From Marmoricola sp. (lineage in GTDB: Bacteria; Actinomycetota; Actinomycetes; Propionibacteriales; Nocardioidaceae), in the NCBI GenBank assembly GCA_046595715.1, contig JBKJON010000467.1, positions 1-32,152 on the forward strand: a stretch of DNA of 32,152 nucleotides, written 5' to 3'. Below, one piece after another: positions 8,842-17,386 of this stretch (the first letter of the stretch is position 1; each line of letters starts with the position of its first letter). The notes below the pieces were generated by a model. That model was not told the DNA's origin. It ran no database searches and saw only the letters and a program-made list of their open reading frames with translations. A program made the position numbers and the translations under genes.

Positions 8842-9732
8842 GACCCGCCAGCTCGGGGTTCGGCCCATCTGCTCGGCCAGTCTGGCGTCGTAGGGCTCGA
8901 AGTGCCGGCGCAGCCGCGCGTCGAGGGCCGCGTCCAACGGGGACCCCGGTCGGGCGTTCCACTGCTCCACCTTCTCCGGCCTCCAGGCCGACAGGCCGAG
9001 CCAGGCCCGCAGGCGCTCGAACTCGGCGCCCGGGTCCTCGAAGAACGCTCCTGCGTCGACGATGCACACCCGGTCCTCGCCCAGCGCCTCGACCATCCGG
9101 TCGATCTGCTCGCTGTAGCGGCCGCGAGCCAGATAGGAGTGGTGCCGGTGCTGGAAGCTCTCGTAAGACGGGTCGGCTGCGATGCGGTCGGCCTCGCCGG
9201 CGGTCCGCTCCTCCTCCAGGTCGAGAGCCGCCTCGAACGACTCGGTCTCGAAGCCGCGGGCAAACTCGTGCCTGTAGGCGGAGTACGCGCGCTCGACGGG
9301 CTCCCGGACCAGCAGGACGACGCGCACGTCGGGCAGGTCCCGGGCAAGACGTTCGGCGGCCAGCGGGTGGAAGCTGTAGTAGCCGCTGCTCTCGAAGGTG
9401 ACCGCTGCCGGACCGTGATTGCGGCGGGCGCTCCAGGCGAGGGGGAAGTGGCCGCGGTACCAGCGAGGTCCGCGGGAGTACTTCACGTCGAAGTAGCCGA
9501 TGCCCTTCGACACGGTCGGCCGGATGACATCCGGATGCTCGCTCAGCACTCGGAAGAGCGTCGTGGTGCCGGCGCGCTGGGCGCCGACGATGACGAACGA
9601 GGGCTGCATCCGCAGCGGCGACGTCAGGGTGCCCCAGAGCTCGATCCCGCCTCGTAACCGCATGACCAAGGCGTGGGGCGAGCGCTCCCGGACGAGCCGA
9701 GTCAGCCGGCGAAGGCGGTTGGACTCAGCCAC
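8824..9732 (-). CDS. PAPS-dependent sulfotransferase (heparan-sulfate 3-O/N-sulfotransferase-like family)
   Basis: 5'-PSB loop IVGAQRAGTTTL, 3'-PB motif LLVREPVERAYS, plus FESSGYY and SYLARGRY. Confidence 0.9.
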   Translation of the reverse strand: MAESNRLRRLTRLVRERSPHALVMRLRGGIELWGTLTSPLRMQPSFVIVGAQRAGTTTLFRVLSEHPDVIRPTVSKGIGYFDVKYSRGPRWYRGHFPLAWSARRNHGPAAVTFESSGYYSFHPLAAERLARDLPDVRVVLLVREPVERAYSAYRHEFARGFETESFEAALDLEEERTAGEADRIAADPSYESFQHRHHSYLARGRYSEQIDRMVEALGEDRVCIVDAGAFFEDPGAEFERLRAWLGLSAWRPEKVEQWNARPGSPLDAALDARLRRHFEPYDARLAEQMGRTPSWRVSAGEG

Positions 9733-10939
9733 GGACAGCGCCTCCGGGGAGCCCGACCCACTCGCAGAGAGCCTCGAGCATGACGAGACTACGGTCGGCG
9801 ATCAGGTCACCGAGCTCCGACTCGCTACCCACCAGGTAGCGAGAGGTGATGGCTGCCAGGTAGGTCGCCTCGATCAGCTGGGCGTCCACGAGCCTGTCGG
9901 TCGAGGGCCGGACCAGGTCCAGCCCCCGACGTACGGAGTCCAGGCTCACACCGTCGCGCCGGCAGACGGCGTTGACGGCGTAGTGGCAGCGGTCCAGCCC
10001 TGGCGGGACTCCGGTCTCGAAGCGCTCCCAGTCCCAGACCTGGAGCCGGCCCCGGCGTCGGCTGATGTTCCACGGCGTGAAGTCACCGTGCCAGGCCCCC
10101 ATCGCGAGGGGACGGTCGGCGCTGGCGCGCAGCAGCGCGAGCGCCTCCTCCAACCGATCGCGCACGGGGGACGGCGACAGCGAGCACTGCGCTGAGACCA
10201 TCGCATTCCACAGTGGCATCGCTTCGAGCGGACGGGAATCCTCACCGAACGCGCCGTGGAGCAGCGCCGTGTCGTCAGCCGGAAGATCGAACTGACGACT
10301 GGGTCGCTGCCACAGGACGGTCCGGAGCGCAGTCATGACCACCAACCAGGAGCCACCCCACTGACCCACGTGCAGGAGCGCCGGCACCTCGAGGCGCCGG
10401 GGCAGCCCCGCTGCTGCCAGACGTTCGAGGGCCACGGCCTCCGCCTGGACAAGCGCATCCGTGACAGAGGTGCCACCGAACTTCACGAAGGCAAGACTGC
10501 GCCCACGCCGGTCGAAGACCTGCAGCACGGGCTTTCGGTTGGCCCTGGCGGTGCCCAGCCCCAGGCTGAAGTCGACCGGCTCGCCGAGCACGTCGCCGAG
10601 GTGCTGGCGCAGTGAGCCGGCGCGCTCCTGGACGGTGATCCGGTCGGGGAACGCCGCCGCGACGTGCCCCCGTAGCAGGCTCGAGACGCCCAGCCGCTTC
10701 ACGGTGTCGGGACCCGAGAGCGCGGCGCTGAAGCGGAGCATCGCGCGCGCAGCAGCGACCGGGTTGCCGGCCGGAACCAGGAGGCGCGGAGATCGGGCGT
10801 TGGGCAGGGCCACCAGCTCGACGTCGTGCTCGGACGACGAACGGCCTGAGCCGCGACTCCGGTGGAGCCGCGGCTCAGGATCGCCTGGCCACAGGTCATG
10901 GACACTCGACAAGTAGGTGTCGATGAGGCGCTCGTTCAA
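9725..10939 (-). CDS. APH/choline-kinase-fold phosphotransferase of unknown substrate
   Basis: RKPVLQ...AFVK (ATP-binding Lys), AEAVAL, Brenner-type WHGDFTPWN and the metal-binding WDWE. TTG start at 10939 behind a G-rich SD; its stop overlaps the sulfotransferase start. Confidence 0.7.
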   Translation of the reverse strand: MNERLIDTYLSSVHDLWPGDPEPRLHRSRGSGRSSSEHDVELVALPNARSPRLLVPAGNPVAAARAMLRFSAALSGPDTVKRLGVSSLLRGHVAAAFPDRITVQERAGSLRQHLGDVLGEPVDFSLGLGTARANRKPVLQVFDRRGRSLAFVKFGGTSVTDALVQAEAVALERLAAAGLPRRLEVPALLHVGQWGGSWLVVMTALRTVLWQRPSRQFDLPADDTALLHGAFGEDSRPLEAMPLWNAMVSAQCSLSPSPVRDRLEEALALLRASADRPLAMGAWHGDFTPWNISRRRGRLQVWDWERFETGVPPGLDRCHYAVNAVCRRDGVSLDSVRRGLDLVRPSTDRLVDAQLIEATYLAAITSRYLVGSESELGDLIADRSLVMLEALCEWVGLPGGAVRG

Positions 10940-10983
10940 TCATGTCCCCCGGTCGAGATCGCTCGGACGAGCGATGCCCGACC

Positions 10984-12501
10984 TCACAGTGTTGGCGTGG
11001 TGCGGAGAGCGTCCTTGTAGACCCTCTTCTTGGTGTCGGTCGTCAGCGCCCAGTTGGCGATGCTGTTCAGGTTGGTGTTGAAGTAGGTGAAGGCGATGCC
11101 ACCGAGCGCCTTCATCTGAGTGTAGCTGCGAGAGACCCACTGGGGGTCGGCCTCGGCGGCCTTGTCGGTGAATCCCGTCTCGGCGACTCCCCAGGCGATG
11201 CCCTTCGGGTTGGCCCAGGCAGCGAACTTCTTGAAGTAGTCGTTCTCCAAGTCCGTATGGGTCGTGAACTCCTTGCCGTTCTTCACAGCGCCGAACTTGT
11301 CGTAGACGTCGACGCCGAGCAGGTCGATCGTGGTGTTCTTGGGCCAGATCGAGTCGAGGCTGTACTGCGCCGCACCGTAGAGCTGGTTCCAACCGGTGAC
11401 CACGATGGAGTAGGACACGTTGGGGGCTGCGGCACGAACCATCGGGGCTAGCCGGGCCTGCATGGCGGTCCAGGCCTTGATGTCGCCGTCCCCCTCGGGC
11501 TCGTGGTGGAACGCGAGCCACACCGGGCCGTCGAGCTTGCTCAGCTTGGTGGCGAGGTCCTTGGCCCAGGCATCACCCTTGCCGGCGACCATGTCCTGCC
11601 AGGAGAAGGGCATCTTGTAGCTGATCCAGGGAATCCGGTTCTTGGCGAGATCGGCCTTGGCATTCGCGACACCCTTGTCGACCTGGGTGGCGCCGTAGTA
11701 GGTGCGATGAACACCGAGAGCGTGGCCCATCTCCTGCTCCCAGAGGGTGGGGTCGGTGTTGGAGCCATAGGCGCTTCCCAGCAGAGCGCCACAGCTGGCG
11801 ACCGGGATGCCGCGCCCGCTGATCGAGCAACCATTGGACATCTTGCGGGCAGCGGGCGTCGGGGTGGGGATCGGCGGTACGACCTCGGGCGGTACGACCT
11901 CGGGCGGTACGACCTCGGGCGGCGGGGTCGTGTTGCCGGGGGCGGTGGTGGTGACCCGCACGATCGAGACGTTGTCAACCAGGATGATCCTGCGCTTGTT
12001 GAGTCTGGCGAAGGCGAACCGGACCTCGAACTGCGAGACGGCGCGGCGGCTCACCGCGCTCAACGCGACCTTTCTCCAGGCCCGGTGGGCACGGAAGGTC
12101 TTGCTGGTGTCCAGCGCCGACTCGCCACGAGCGGTCTCACGCAGAGTCAGGCGGCCGACGGCACCGGGCTGGTCGGTGCGCACGAAGGCGAAGACCTTGT
12201 ACTTCTGACCGGCTCCGGTGGAGTCGATCGTGGGAGCACTGAACGAGGCTGGACCGCTGCGGCCATTCGACAGCATGAGGGCCTTGCTTCCCCCCTGCCC
12301 CCTCTTGACGACCTTGACATGGGTGCGAGGGGACGTGGCGACCCAGCCGGTCCGGCCGGCTTCGAACGTGCCGTGGTGTGCCGTCTGTGTGCGAGTCACC
12401 GCGCCACTCGAGGGTGCGGAGGCTCCGATCCCGACCGAAGCGACGAGGGGGAGGAGAAGGGCCGTCGCCAACGCGTTCCTGGGCGTGATTCGATTCGACA
12501 T
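10984..12501 (-). CDS. Secreted GH26-like (clan GH-A) glycoside hydrolase with an N-terminal CBM4/9-like module and a Pro-rich linker
   Basis: Signal peptide from ATG 12501 (MSNRITPRNALATALLLPLVASVGIGA). Jelly-roll CBM-like segment (GTFEAG..GW...GQKYKV...W..V...LVDNVSI), then (PEVVP)3 linker. Catalytic-type motifs WLAFHHEPE, IDLLGVDVYD, VAETG and AFTYFN. Confidence 0.7.
   Translation of the reverse strand: MSNRITPRNALATALLLPLVASVGIGASAPSSGAVTRTQTAHHGTFEAGRTGWVATSPRTHVKVVKRGQGGSKALMLSNGRSGPASFSAPTIDSTGAGQKYKVFAFVRTDQPGAVGRLTLRETARGESALDTSKTFRAHRAWRKVALSAVSRRAVSQFEVRFAFARLNKRRIILVDNVSIVRVTTTAPGNTTPPPEVVPPEVVPPEVVPPIPTPTPAARKMSNGCSISGRGIPVASCGALLGSAYGSNTDPTLWEQEMGHALGVHRTYYGATQVDKGVANAKADLAKNRIPWISYKMPFSWQDMVAGKGDAWAKDLATKLSKLDGPVWLAFHHEPEGDGDIKAWTAMQARLAPMVRAAAPNVSYSIVVTGWNQLYGAAQYSLDSIWPKNTTIDLLGVDVYDKFGAVKNGKEFTTHTDLENDYFKKFAAWANPKGIAWGVAETGFTDKAAEADPQWVSRSYTQMKALGGIAFTYFNTNLNSIANWALTTDTKKRVYKDALRTTPTL
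11873..11922. repeat. Perfect 15-bp tandem repeat x3.3 (GGCGGTACGACCTCG) encoding the PEVVP linker
   Basis: Identical units at 11873, 11888 and 11903, plus a partial unit at 11918-11922. Confidence 0.95.
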
Positions 12502-12798
12502 GTGTATTCCTGGAGGGGTAGACCGGCACACTGGACTGGTCCGAGGCACCACCCACGACGTGTTGGGCGGCCCATCGACAAAACCACCATACGTGTTTAA
12601 AACGGACATTTCACCGTTTGATCCAGTTTTCCCAGGTTTCCCCGCGGAGGAGCCCGCCGGTCACCGGTACTGCCAGCGGCGCGGAGAGTTCAGGGCACGC
12701 CAGAGCCGGGGGTGCGACGGCGTGGGCGTACGCCGCGGCGCAGGGTGCCTGCCGCCCCCGAAGCGACGGGAGGACTGCTCCCCGGCCGGCCGGGGAAT

Positions 12799-12840
12799 CC
12801 TGACGTTGTCGGCGTGGCAAACCCCCTCGACAACGTCAGG
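12799..12840. terminator. 13-bp perfect inverted repeat; possible terminator for the wzy-wzz / CDP-AP / GT2 operon
   Basis: CCTGACGTTGTCG (12799-12811) / CGACAACGTCAGG (12828-12840) with a 16-nt loop, about 135 nt downstream of the GT2 stop. No U-tract. Confidence 0.5.
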
Positions 12841-12975
12841 GACAGCCCGTGGACCCCGCCCGGATCGCGAAGATCTGCGTCCGCGGGTGACCAACGAGGC
12901 GGATAGCCGTGAGGTCGAGGTCGTTGAGCGTGCGACTGTCTCGCGCGGGGCTCCAGAGGGATCGGGCCCTGAGCC

Positions 12976-13926
12976 TCAGATGCCGTGACCCCGGGAGTGA
13001 GCGATACGCATCAGCCGCTCGGCGGAGACGACATGCAGTGCGACGGCGCCGGCAAGGTAGGCCCGACGCTCACGCGGGTTGACCCGCACCGTCCGGTAGA
13101 CCTGTCGCAGCGCGGGTCGTGTCTTGCCTTGGGCCGCCAGCGCGAAGGCCTTGCGACCGAAGAGTCTCCCCAGAGCCTGTGGGTCCTCGTGGAAGACCGT
13201 GTGCTTGGCGAGGCTGTAGTCGATCGAGTCGACGATGACCTGCCAACGCTGGGAGAACATCGACTGTCCCCAGCGCACCTTCACCAGCGCCTCCGTGACG
13301 ACCGCGAACCCGCCGGCCTGCGCCGCTCGGATGATCCAGTCGAAGTCCTCGCCGTAGCTGCCGGGCAGCTCCTCGTCGACAAGTCCGATGGGACCGACCA
13401 GCGCCCCGCGGCGGACCATCACCGTCGAGGGGTGCGCCTCCATCACCCGGTTGCGCACCAGCTGCTTGAGGGTCATGTCCTCGACCCTCGGGACGCGGGG
13501 TACCTCGTGGTCGGCGTACATCACAATGATGCCGGTGACTGAGGTGAGAGCGTCGGAGCCCACAAGGGTCTTGACCTGCTTCTCGACCTTGGTCGGCAGC
13601 CACTCGTCGTCGTCGTCACAGAAGGCGACCAACTCCCCCGTCCCGGACAGGATGCCGGAGTTGCGGGCACCCGCCAGGCCCGGTGAGCGATCATTGGTGA
13701 TGAACCGGATCGTCCGGTTGGGACTCGTGCGGGCCACGCCCTCGTCGGGTTCGGACTGGTCGAAGACCACGGTGCAGACGATCTCGCCGGCGTAGTTCTG
13801 GTCCCAGATCGCGTCCAGGGCGAGCTTGAGGAGCGCAGGCCGGTGACGTGTGGCAACCACCACGTCGACGCGAGGAAGGGCCGCCCGCGGCTCGGGAGTC
13901 GTGTCGGTCATCGCTTCAGGCACCAT
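12976..13926 (-). CDS. Glycosyltransferase family 2
   Basis: VDVVVATRHR, GLAGARNSG, VAFCDDDDEW (DxD), STVMVRR and GEDFDW. Alternative start at ATG 13911. Confidence 0.9.
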   Translation of the reverse strand: MVPEAMTDTTPEPRAALPRVDVVVATRHRPALLKLALDAIWDQNYAGEIVCTVVFDQSEPDEGVARTSPNRTIRFITNDRSPGLAGARNSGILSGTGELVAFCDDDDEWLPTKVEKQVKTLVGSDALTSVTGIIVMYADHEVPRVPRVEDMTLKQLVRNRVMEAHPSTVMVRRGALVGPIGLVDEELPGSYGEDFDWIIRAAQAGGFAVVTEALVKVRWGQSMFSQRWQVIVDSIDYSLAKHTVFHEDPQALGRLFGRKAFALAAQGKTRPALRQVYRTVRVNPRERRAYLAGAVALHVVSAERLMRIAHSRGHGI

Positions 13927-14665
13927 CCTGCGTCGTGGTCAGTCGGTTCTCGTCGGTCAGTCCGGCGACTCGCCAGAGACGGAGCATGTTCACCCCGTCG
14001 GCCACCAGGTAGAAGGCGAAGCCCACTGCAAGGCCCACCCCGACCCAGTCGGAGGGGAGGAAGATCGGCGCCAGTCCGAGCATCCCGATCTCGGCCTCGA
14101 GCGCCCACGGTACCGGCGACATGTTGAGTCGGCGGCAGAACTCCACCCACTGCCGCAGGATCGGCACGTTCACGGACCGGGTGTGGTCTGCACCGCCGTC
14201 ACCGAGTCCCAAGGCCCCTGCCAGCTGCTTGCGGGAGGCGAGTGCCCAGTTGTAGAAGACCATGGCGCCGAGCAGACCCACCGGAACGACCAGCGCGACG
14301 TCGTCGTGGCGCAGCAGGGACCACGAAAGGGCGGCCACGACGAGGGCGATCCCACCCACGTCAGCCGCCAGGTCGAGCACGGCGCCCCGGGTGGAGCTGG
14401 TCCCCTGGGCGCGTGCCACCTTCCCGTCCAGACAGTCGACGAAGAAACGCAGCAGGAACAGGACCCCGCCCAACGGGTAGAGATCCAGGACGAAGCTGGC
14501 GGCTGAGCCGATGGCCAGCAGGATCGCCACGCCTGTGACCCGGTTGGGCGTCACGTGACGCGAGCGGGACAGCCAGCTGGCCAGCGGGGTGGCGAAGGGG
14601 TCGACGGTGAGGCGCGTCCAGATCTCACGCGGACGTCCGGCCTGTGCGGTGGCCGGCTGGTTCAC
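13916..14665 (-). CDS. CDP-alcohol phosphatidyltransferase family membrane protein
   Basis: TPNRVT and the family signature DCLDGKVARAQGTSSTRGAVLDLAAD (DxxDGxxAR...GxxxDxxxD); multiple TM segments. Confidence 0.9.
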   Translation of the reverse strand: MNQPATAQAGRPREIWTRLTVDPFATPLASWLSRSRHVTPNRVTGVAILLAIGSAASFVLDLYPLGGVLFLLRFFVDCLDGKVARAQGTSSTRGAVLDLAADVGGIALVVAALSWSLLRHDDVALVVPVGLLGAMVFYNWALASRKQLAGALGLGDGGADHTRSVNVPILRQWVEFCRRLNMSPVPWALEAEIGMLGLAPIFLPSDWVGVGLAVGFAFYLVADGVNMLRLWRVAGLTDENRLTTTQDGA

Positions 14666-16776
14666 GACCTCTTCCGCCTTGGTCGCACCGGTCTCCAGCC
14701 GGGGAAGGCTGCGAACAGCACCGCAGCGGCTGCAAGGCCGATGGCGGCGCCGCTGGCGACGGGAACCTCGATCTGACGGCGTACGACGGCCGGCACCCGG
14801 GTCCGCATCACCTGGCCTGCCGTGGTCGGCGTGAGCAGGATCGAGGTCACTGCGCGCTCCAGGCCTGCCCGGGCGGCGCCGCCGGACACCGTGCCGCCGA
14901 CCGACACCTGGGACTTGGTGAGCTGTTCGCGCAGCAGTGCGAGCGCCTGGTCGCGGCGGCTCGAGAGGTAGCCACTCCGGGTCCTCAGATAGGACCGCGC
15001 CAGGCTCGAAGCCTGCTCCGCGGAGCGAGCAGCGCTCTGGTTGCGCACCTCGACCAGGAGCACACGTGTGTTGGGGACGGCCGTGACCCTGATCCGGTTG
15101 CGGAGCTCCTTGAGGTCCTCGGCGTCGGAGCTCCCCAGCACCCGGCTCAAGGACTCCCGCGAGACCAGCAGGGCGGCCTCGGTGTCGATGGTCACGTCCT
15201 TGGTTTCGGTAGAGCCGTCGTCGCTGCCGGTCCTGTTCAGCGCGACGGGCGAGGGAGCGAGCAGGATCGAGATCCGGGTCGAGTACTCGACGGGTGCCGC
15301 CGCGGCGACCACGCCGCCCGCCACCGCGCCCACCGCCATCAGAGCCGCCACATAGGGGAGCCTGCCGCGCAACCGCCGGAGCGAGGGAGCGACGTACTGC
15401 ACCGAGCCCGGCCGGCCCCTGCCCAGCTGCTCACGGGCCACCAGTCCGATCGTCAGCATGACGGTCAGCAGTGGAGTGCCCAGCGTGTCGTAGACGGGGA
15501 GGAGGCTCGCGAAGAAGACCAGGACGAAGGTGCACAGCGTCTCCACCGGTGTTCGGCAGCGCCAGCACCGCGACAACGCCATGGCGAAGAACGTGAGGAA
15601 CAGGACGACGCCGCCGATCCCCTGGGAGAAGATCACCAGCCACAGGTGCCCCTGCGTGCCCAGGGGCGGTACGCCGCACGCACCGCAGTCGGGCGTCGAG
15701 GCGCCCGCGATCGAGGCGAAGCTGCCCTGGACGTCACGGGTGCTGCCGAAGCCCACGAGCGGAGACCCGTCGACGGTGCTTTGCACGGTCTGCGACAGCA
15801 GCTGGCCACGACGGTCGTTGCTGTGCTGGTGGTCGAGACGCTCCTGGAAGACGGTCCCGAGCGGGCTGAGCGCGAAGACCAGGGTGGCCGTGGCCAGCAG
15901 ACCGATCGTCACCAGCCCTGCTGCCGGTTCGCCGCGACTGAGCTGCAGCAGCACGAAGCCGAGGGCTCCGATGACCAGGCAGATCCACAGGCCGCGGTTG
16001 AGCGAGTAGACGATCGGGATCAGCGACAGACCGAGGATCACCGGTGTCGCGAACTTTTGCCAACGTCTCCCGTCACGGAACCAGGCGACCAGGAAGAACG
16101 GCAGGAAGAGGGCGAGGTTGCTGCCCCACGAGTTGGCGAACGGGAACGGCGCCTTGGGTCTGGCTTCGGGTCGCCCGAGGACGTTCTGGATGTCCGCGAC
16201 GGCTGGATGCGTCATGGACTGGATGAGCGAGTTCGACCGGAGACCGCGCGGCAGGAGCATCTCGACCAGCGAGGTGAACTCGATGGAGGGAGCGATCACA
16301 CCGACAAGTCCACCGAGCGTCGTGACCACGAACATGTAGCCCAGGAGCTGGAACACCCAGCGGGTGGACAGCTCCTTCTCCGTGAGGTTGGCCACCCAGA
16401 GCAGCGCGATCGTGCACGTGAGGTACCAGGCACCGCGATAGCCGAAGACGAGAAGCCTCGAGGCACCACCGCCGGGCACCGCGAACGGGGCATCGGCCCA
16501 CAAGACGAAGACACCGAGCGCGAACCAGACCAGGAACAACACCCAGATGGCGAAACCCCTCGGCAGGGCCAACTTGCGACGACGCAGCAGCTGGTCGGCC
16601 ATGACAAGGGCCAGCACCATCGGCAGGATGGTCCGAAGACCCAGCGCCCACCAGAGTGGAAACCCCAGCAGCGACACCGTGAGTGGCCAGTGCGTGGGGA
16701 GCCGACGCCGCGCTCTGGGTGCGCGCTGCTCACGCGATTCGAGCCCCGAGTCAGGGGCGGGCAGCACCACTGTCAC
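14662..16776 (-). CDS. Wzy/O-antigen-ligase-like polymerase fused to a C-terminal Wzz-like chain-length determinant domain
   Basis: The N-terminal ~450 aa are polytopic, with ANSWG, SLNRGLW, SNDRR, SPLVGFG and QGHLWLVIFSQGIGG. The C-terminal ~240 aa have TM-loop-TM layout and align by eye to the N-terminal half of the 4582 protein. Start placed at GTG 16776 behind GAGAGGG (the ORF is open to 16848). Confidence 0.75.
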   Translation of the reverse strand: MTVVLPAPDSGLESREQRAPRARRRLPTHWPLTVSLLGFPLWWALGLRTILPMVLALVMADQLLRRRKLALPRGFAIWVLFLVWFALGVFVLWADAPFAVPGGGASRLLVFGYRGAWYLTCTIALLWVANLTEKELSTRWVFQLLGYMFVVTTLGGLVGVIAPSIEFTSLVEMLLPRGLRSNSLIQSMTHPAVADIQNVLGRPEARPKAPFPFANSWGSNLALFLPFFLVAWFRDGRRWQKFATPVILGLSLIPIVYSLNRGLWICLVIGALGFVLLQLSRGEPAAGLVTIGLLATATLVFALSPLGTVFQERLDHQHSNDRRGQLLSQTVQSTVDGSPLVGFGSTRDVQGSFASIAGASTPDCGACGVPPLGTQGHLWLVIFSQGIGGVVLFLTFFAMALSRCWRCRTPVETLCTFVLVFFASLLPVYDTLGTPLLTVMLTIGLVAREQLGRGRPGSVQYVAPSLRRLRGRLPYVAALMAVGAVAGGVVAAAAPVEYSTRISILLAPSPVALNRTGSDDGSTETKDVTIDTEAALLVSRESLSRVLGSSDAEDLKELRNRIRVTAVPNTRVLLVEVRNQSAARSAEQASSLARSYLRTRSGYLSSRRDQALALLREQLTKSQVSVGGTVSGGAARAGLERAVTSILLTPTTAGQVMRTRVPAVVRRQIEVPVASGAAIGLAAAAVLFAAFPGWRPVRPRRKRS

Positions 16777-16900
16777 CGAAACGGCCCTCTCGCTGTGCAC
16801 CACAGAACAGGGGCAAGGATAGAACGTCTGGCGCCCTGTCCGCGCCAAAGGCCCAGTTTGGTACCCCGCTGTGCCCCCGGGCCCCGCAAGGACACCTGTC

Positions 16901-16912
16901 TAGGATCAACCG
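16901..16912 (+). promoter_or_regulatory. Putative -10 element for a leaderless lipoprotein mRNA
   Basis: TAGGAT (16901-16906) lies exactly 6 nt before ATG 16913. Confidence 0.45.
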
Positions 16913-17386
16913 ATGTCGACGATGCTGGTCCGTGCGTTCACAGGAACACTCCTGCTTGCGGCAATGGCGACGGGATGCTCGGACAACGGTTCCGGCGCCT
17001 CGGGAAGTGCCGTCGAGCCGAAGGCGACCACTTCATCATCGCCTCGTCCGGTCGCAGGCGCCGTGGGGTCCGAGGAGTGCAGCCTCAAGCGCCGGCAGCT
17101 CAGTCTCGTCGTGCGTGACTGGGGGCGGGTCTACGGATCCATCAGCCGCGGCGACCACTCGACCTACACCGGCGCCTTCGTGGCCAGGCTCGGCACGATC
17201 CAGAAGGACGCGGCCGGCTGCAACGGGTCCATCGCCCTCGGCCGGTTCCAGCAGGCCGCCCGGCGCATCGACGTGGACTCGAGTCGTCCCTCCCCTGGCT
17301 ACCCGCTCTACGACGAGGCCATCGCCCAAGGAAACGCCTGGCTCAAGGAGCTCGGCTACGGGATCAACGCCCTCTCGGTGGACTAG
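16913..17386 (+). CDS. Hypothetical lipoprotein
   Basis: Lipobox-like LLLAAMATG-C, Ser/Thr/Pro tether, then a small probably helical domain with two Cys. Confidence 0.7.
   Translation: MSTMLVRAFTGTLLLAAMATGCSDNGSGASGSAVEPKATTSSSPRPVAGAVGSEECSLKRRQLSLVVRDWGRVYGSISRGDHSTYTGAFVARLGTIQKDAAGCNGSIALGRFQQAARRIDVDSSRPSPGYPLYDEAIAQGNAWLKELGYGINALSVD

Noticed and set aside
12814-12860. GGCAAACC resembling the c-di-GMP-I riboswitch
   Set aside because: It lacks the downstream GACGCAAAGC-type element and GNRA stem, and lies on the strand opposite the flanking genes.
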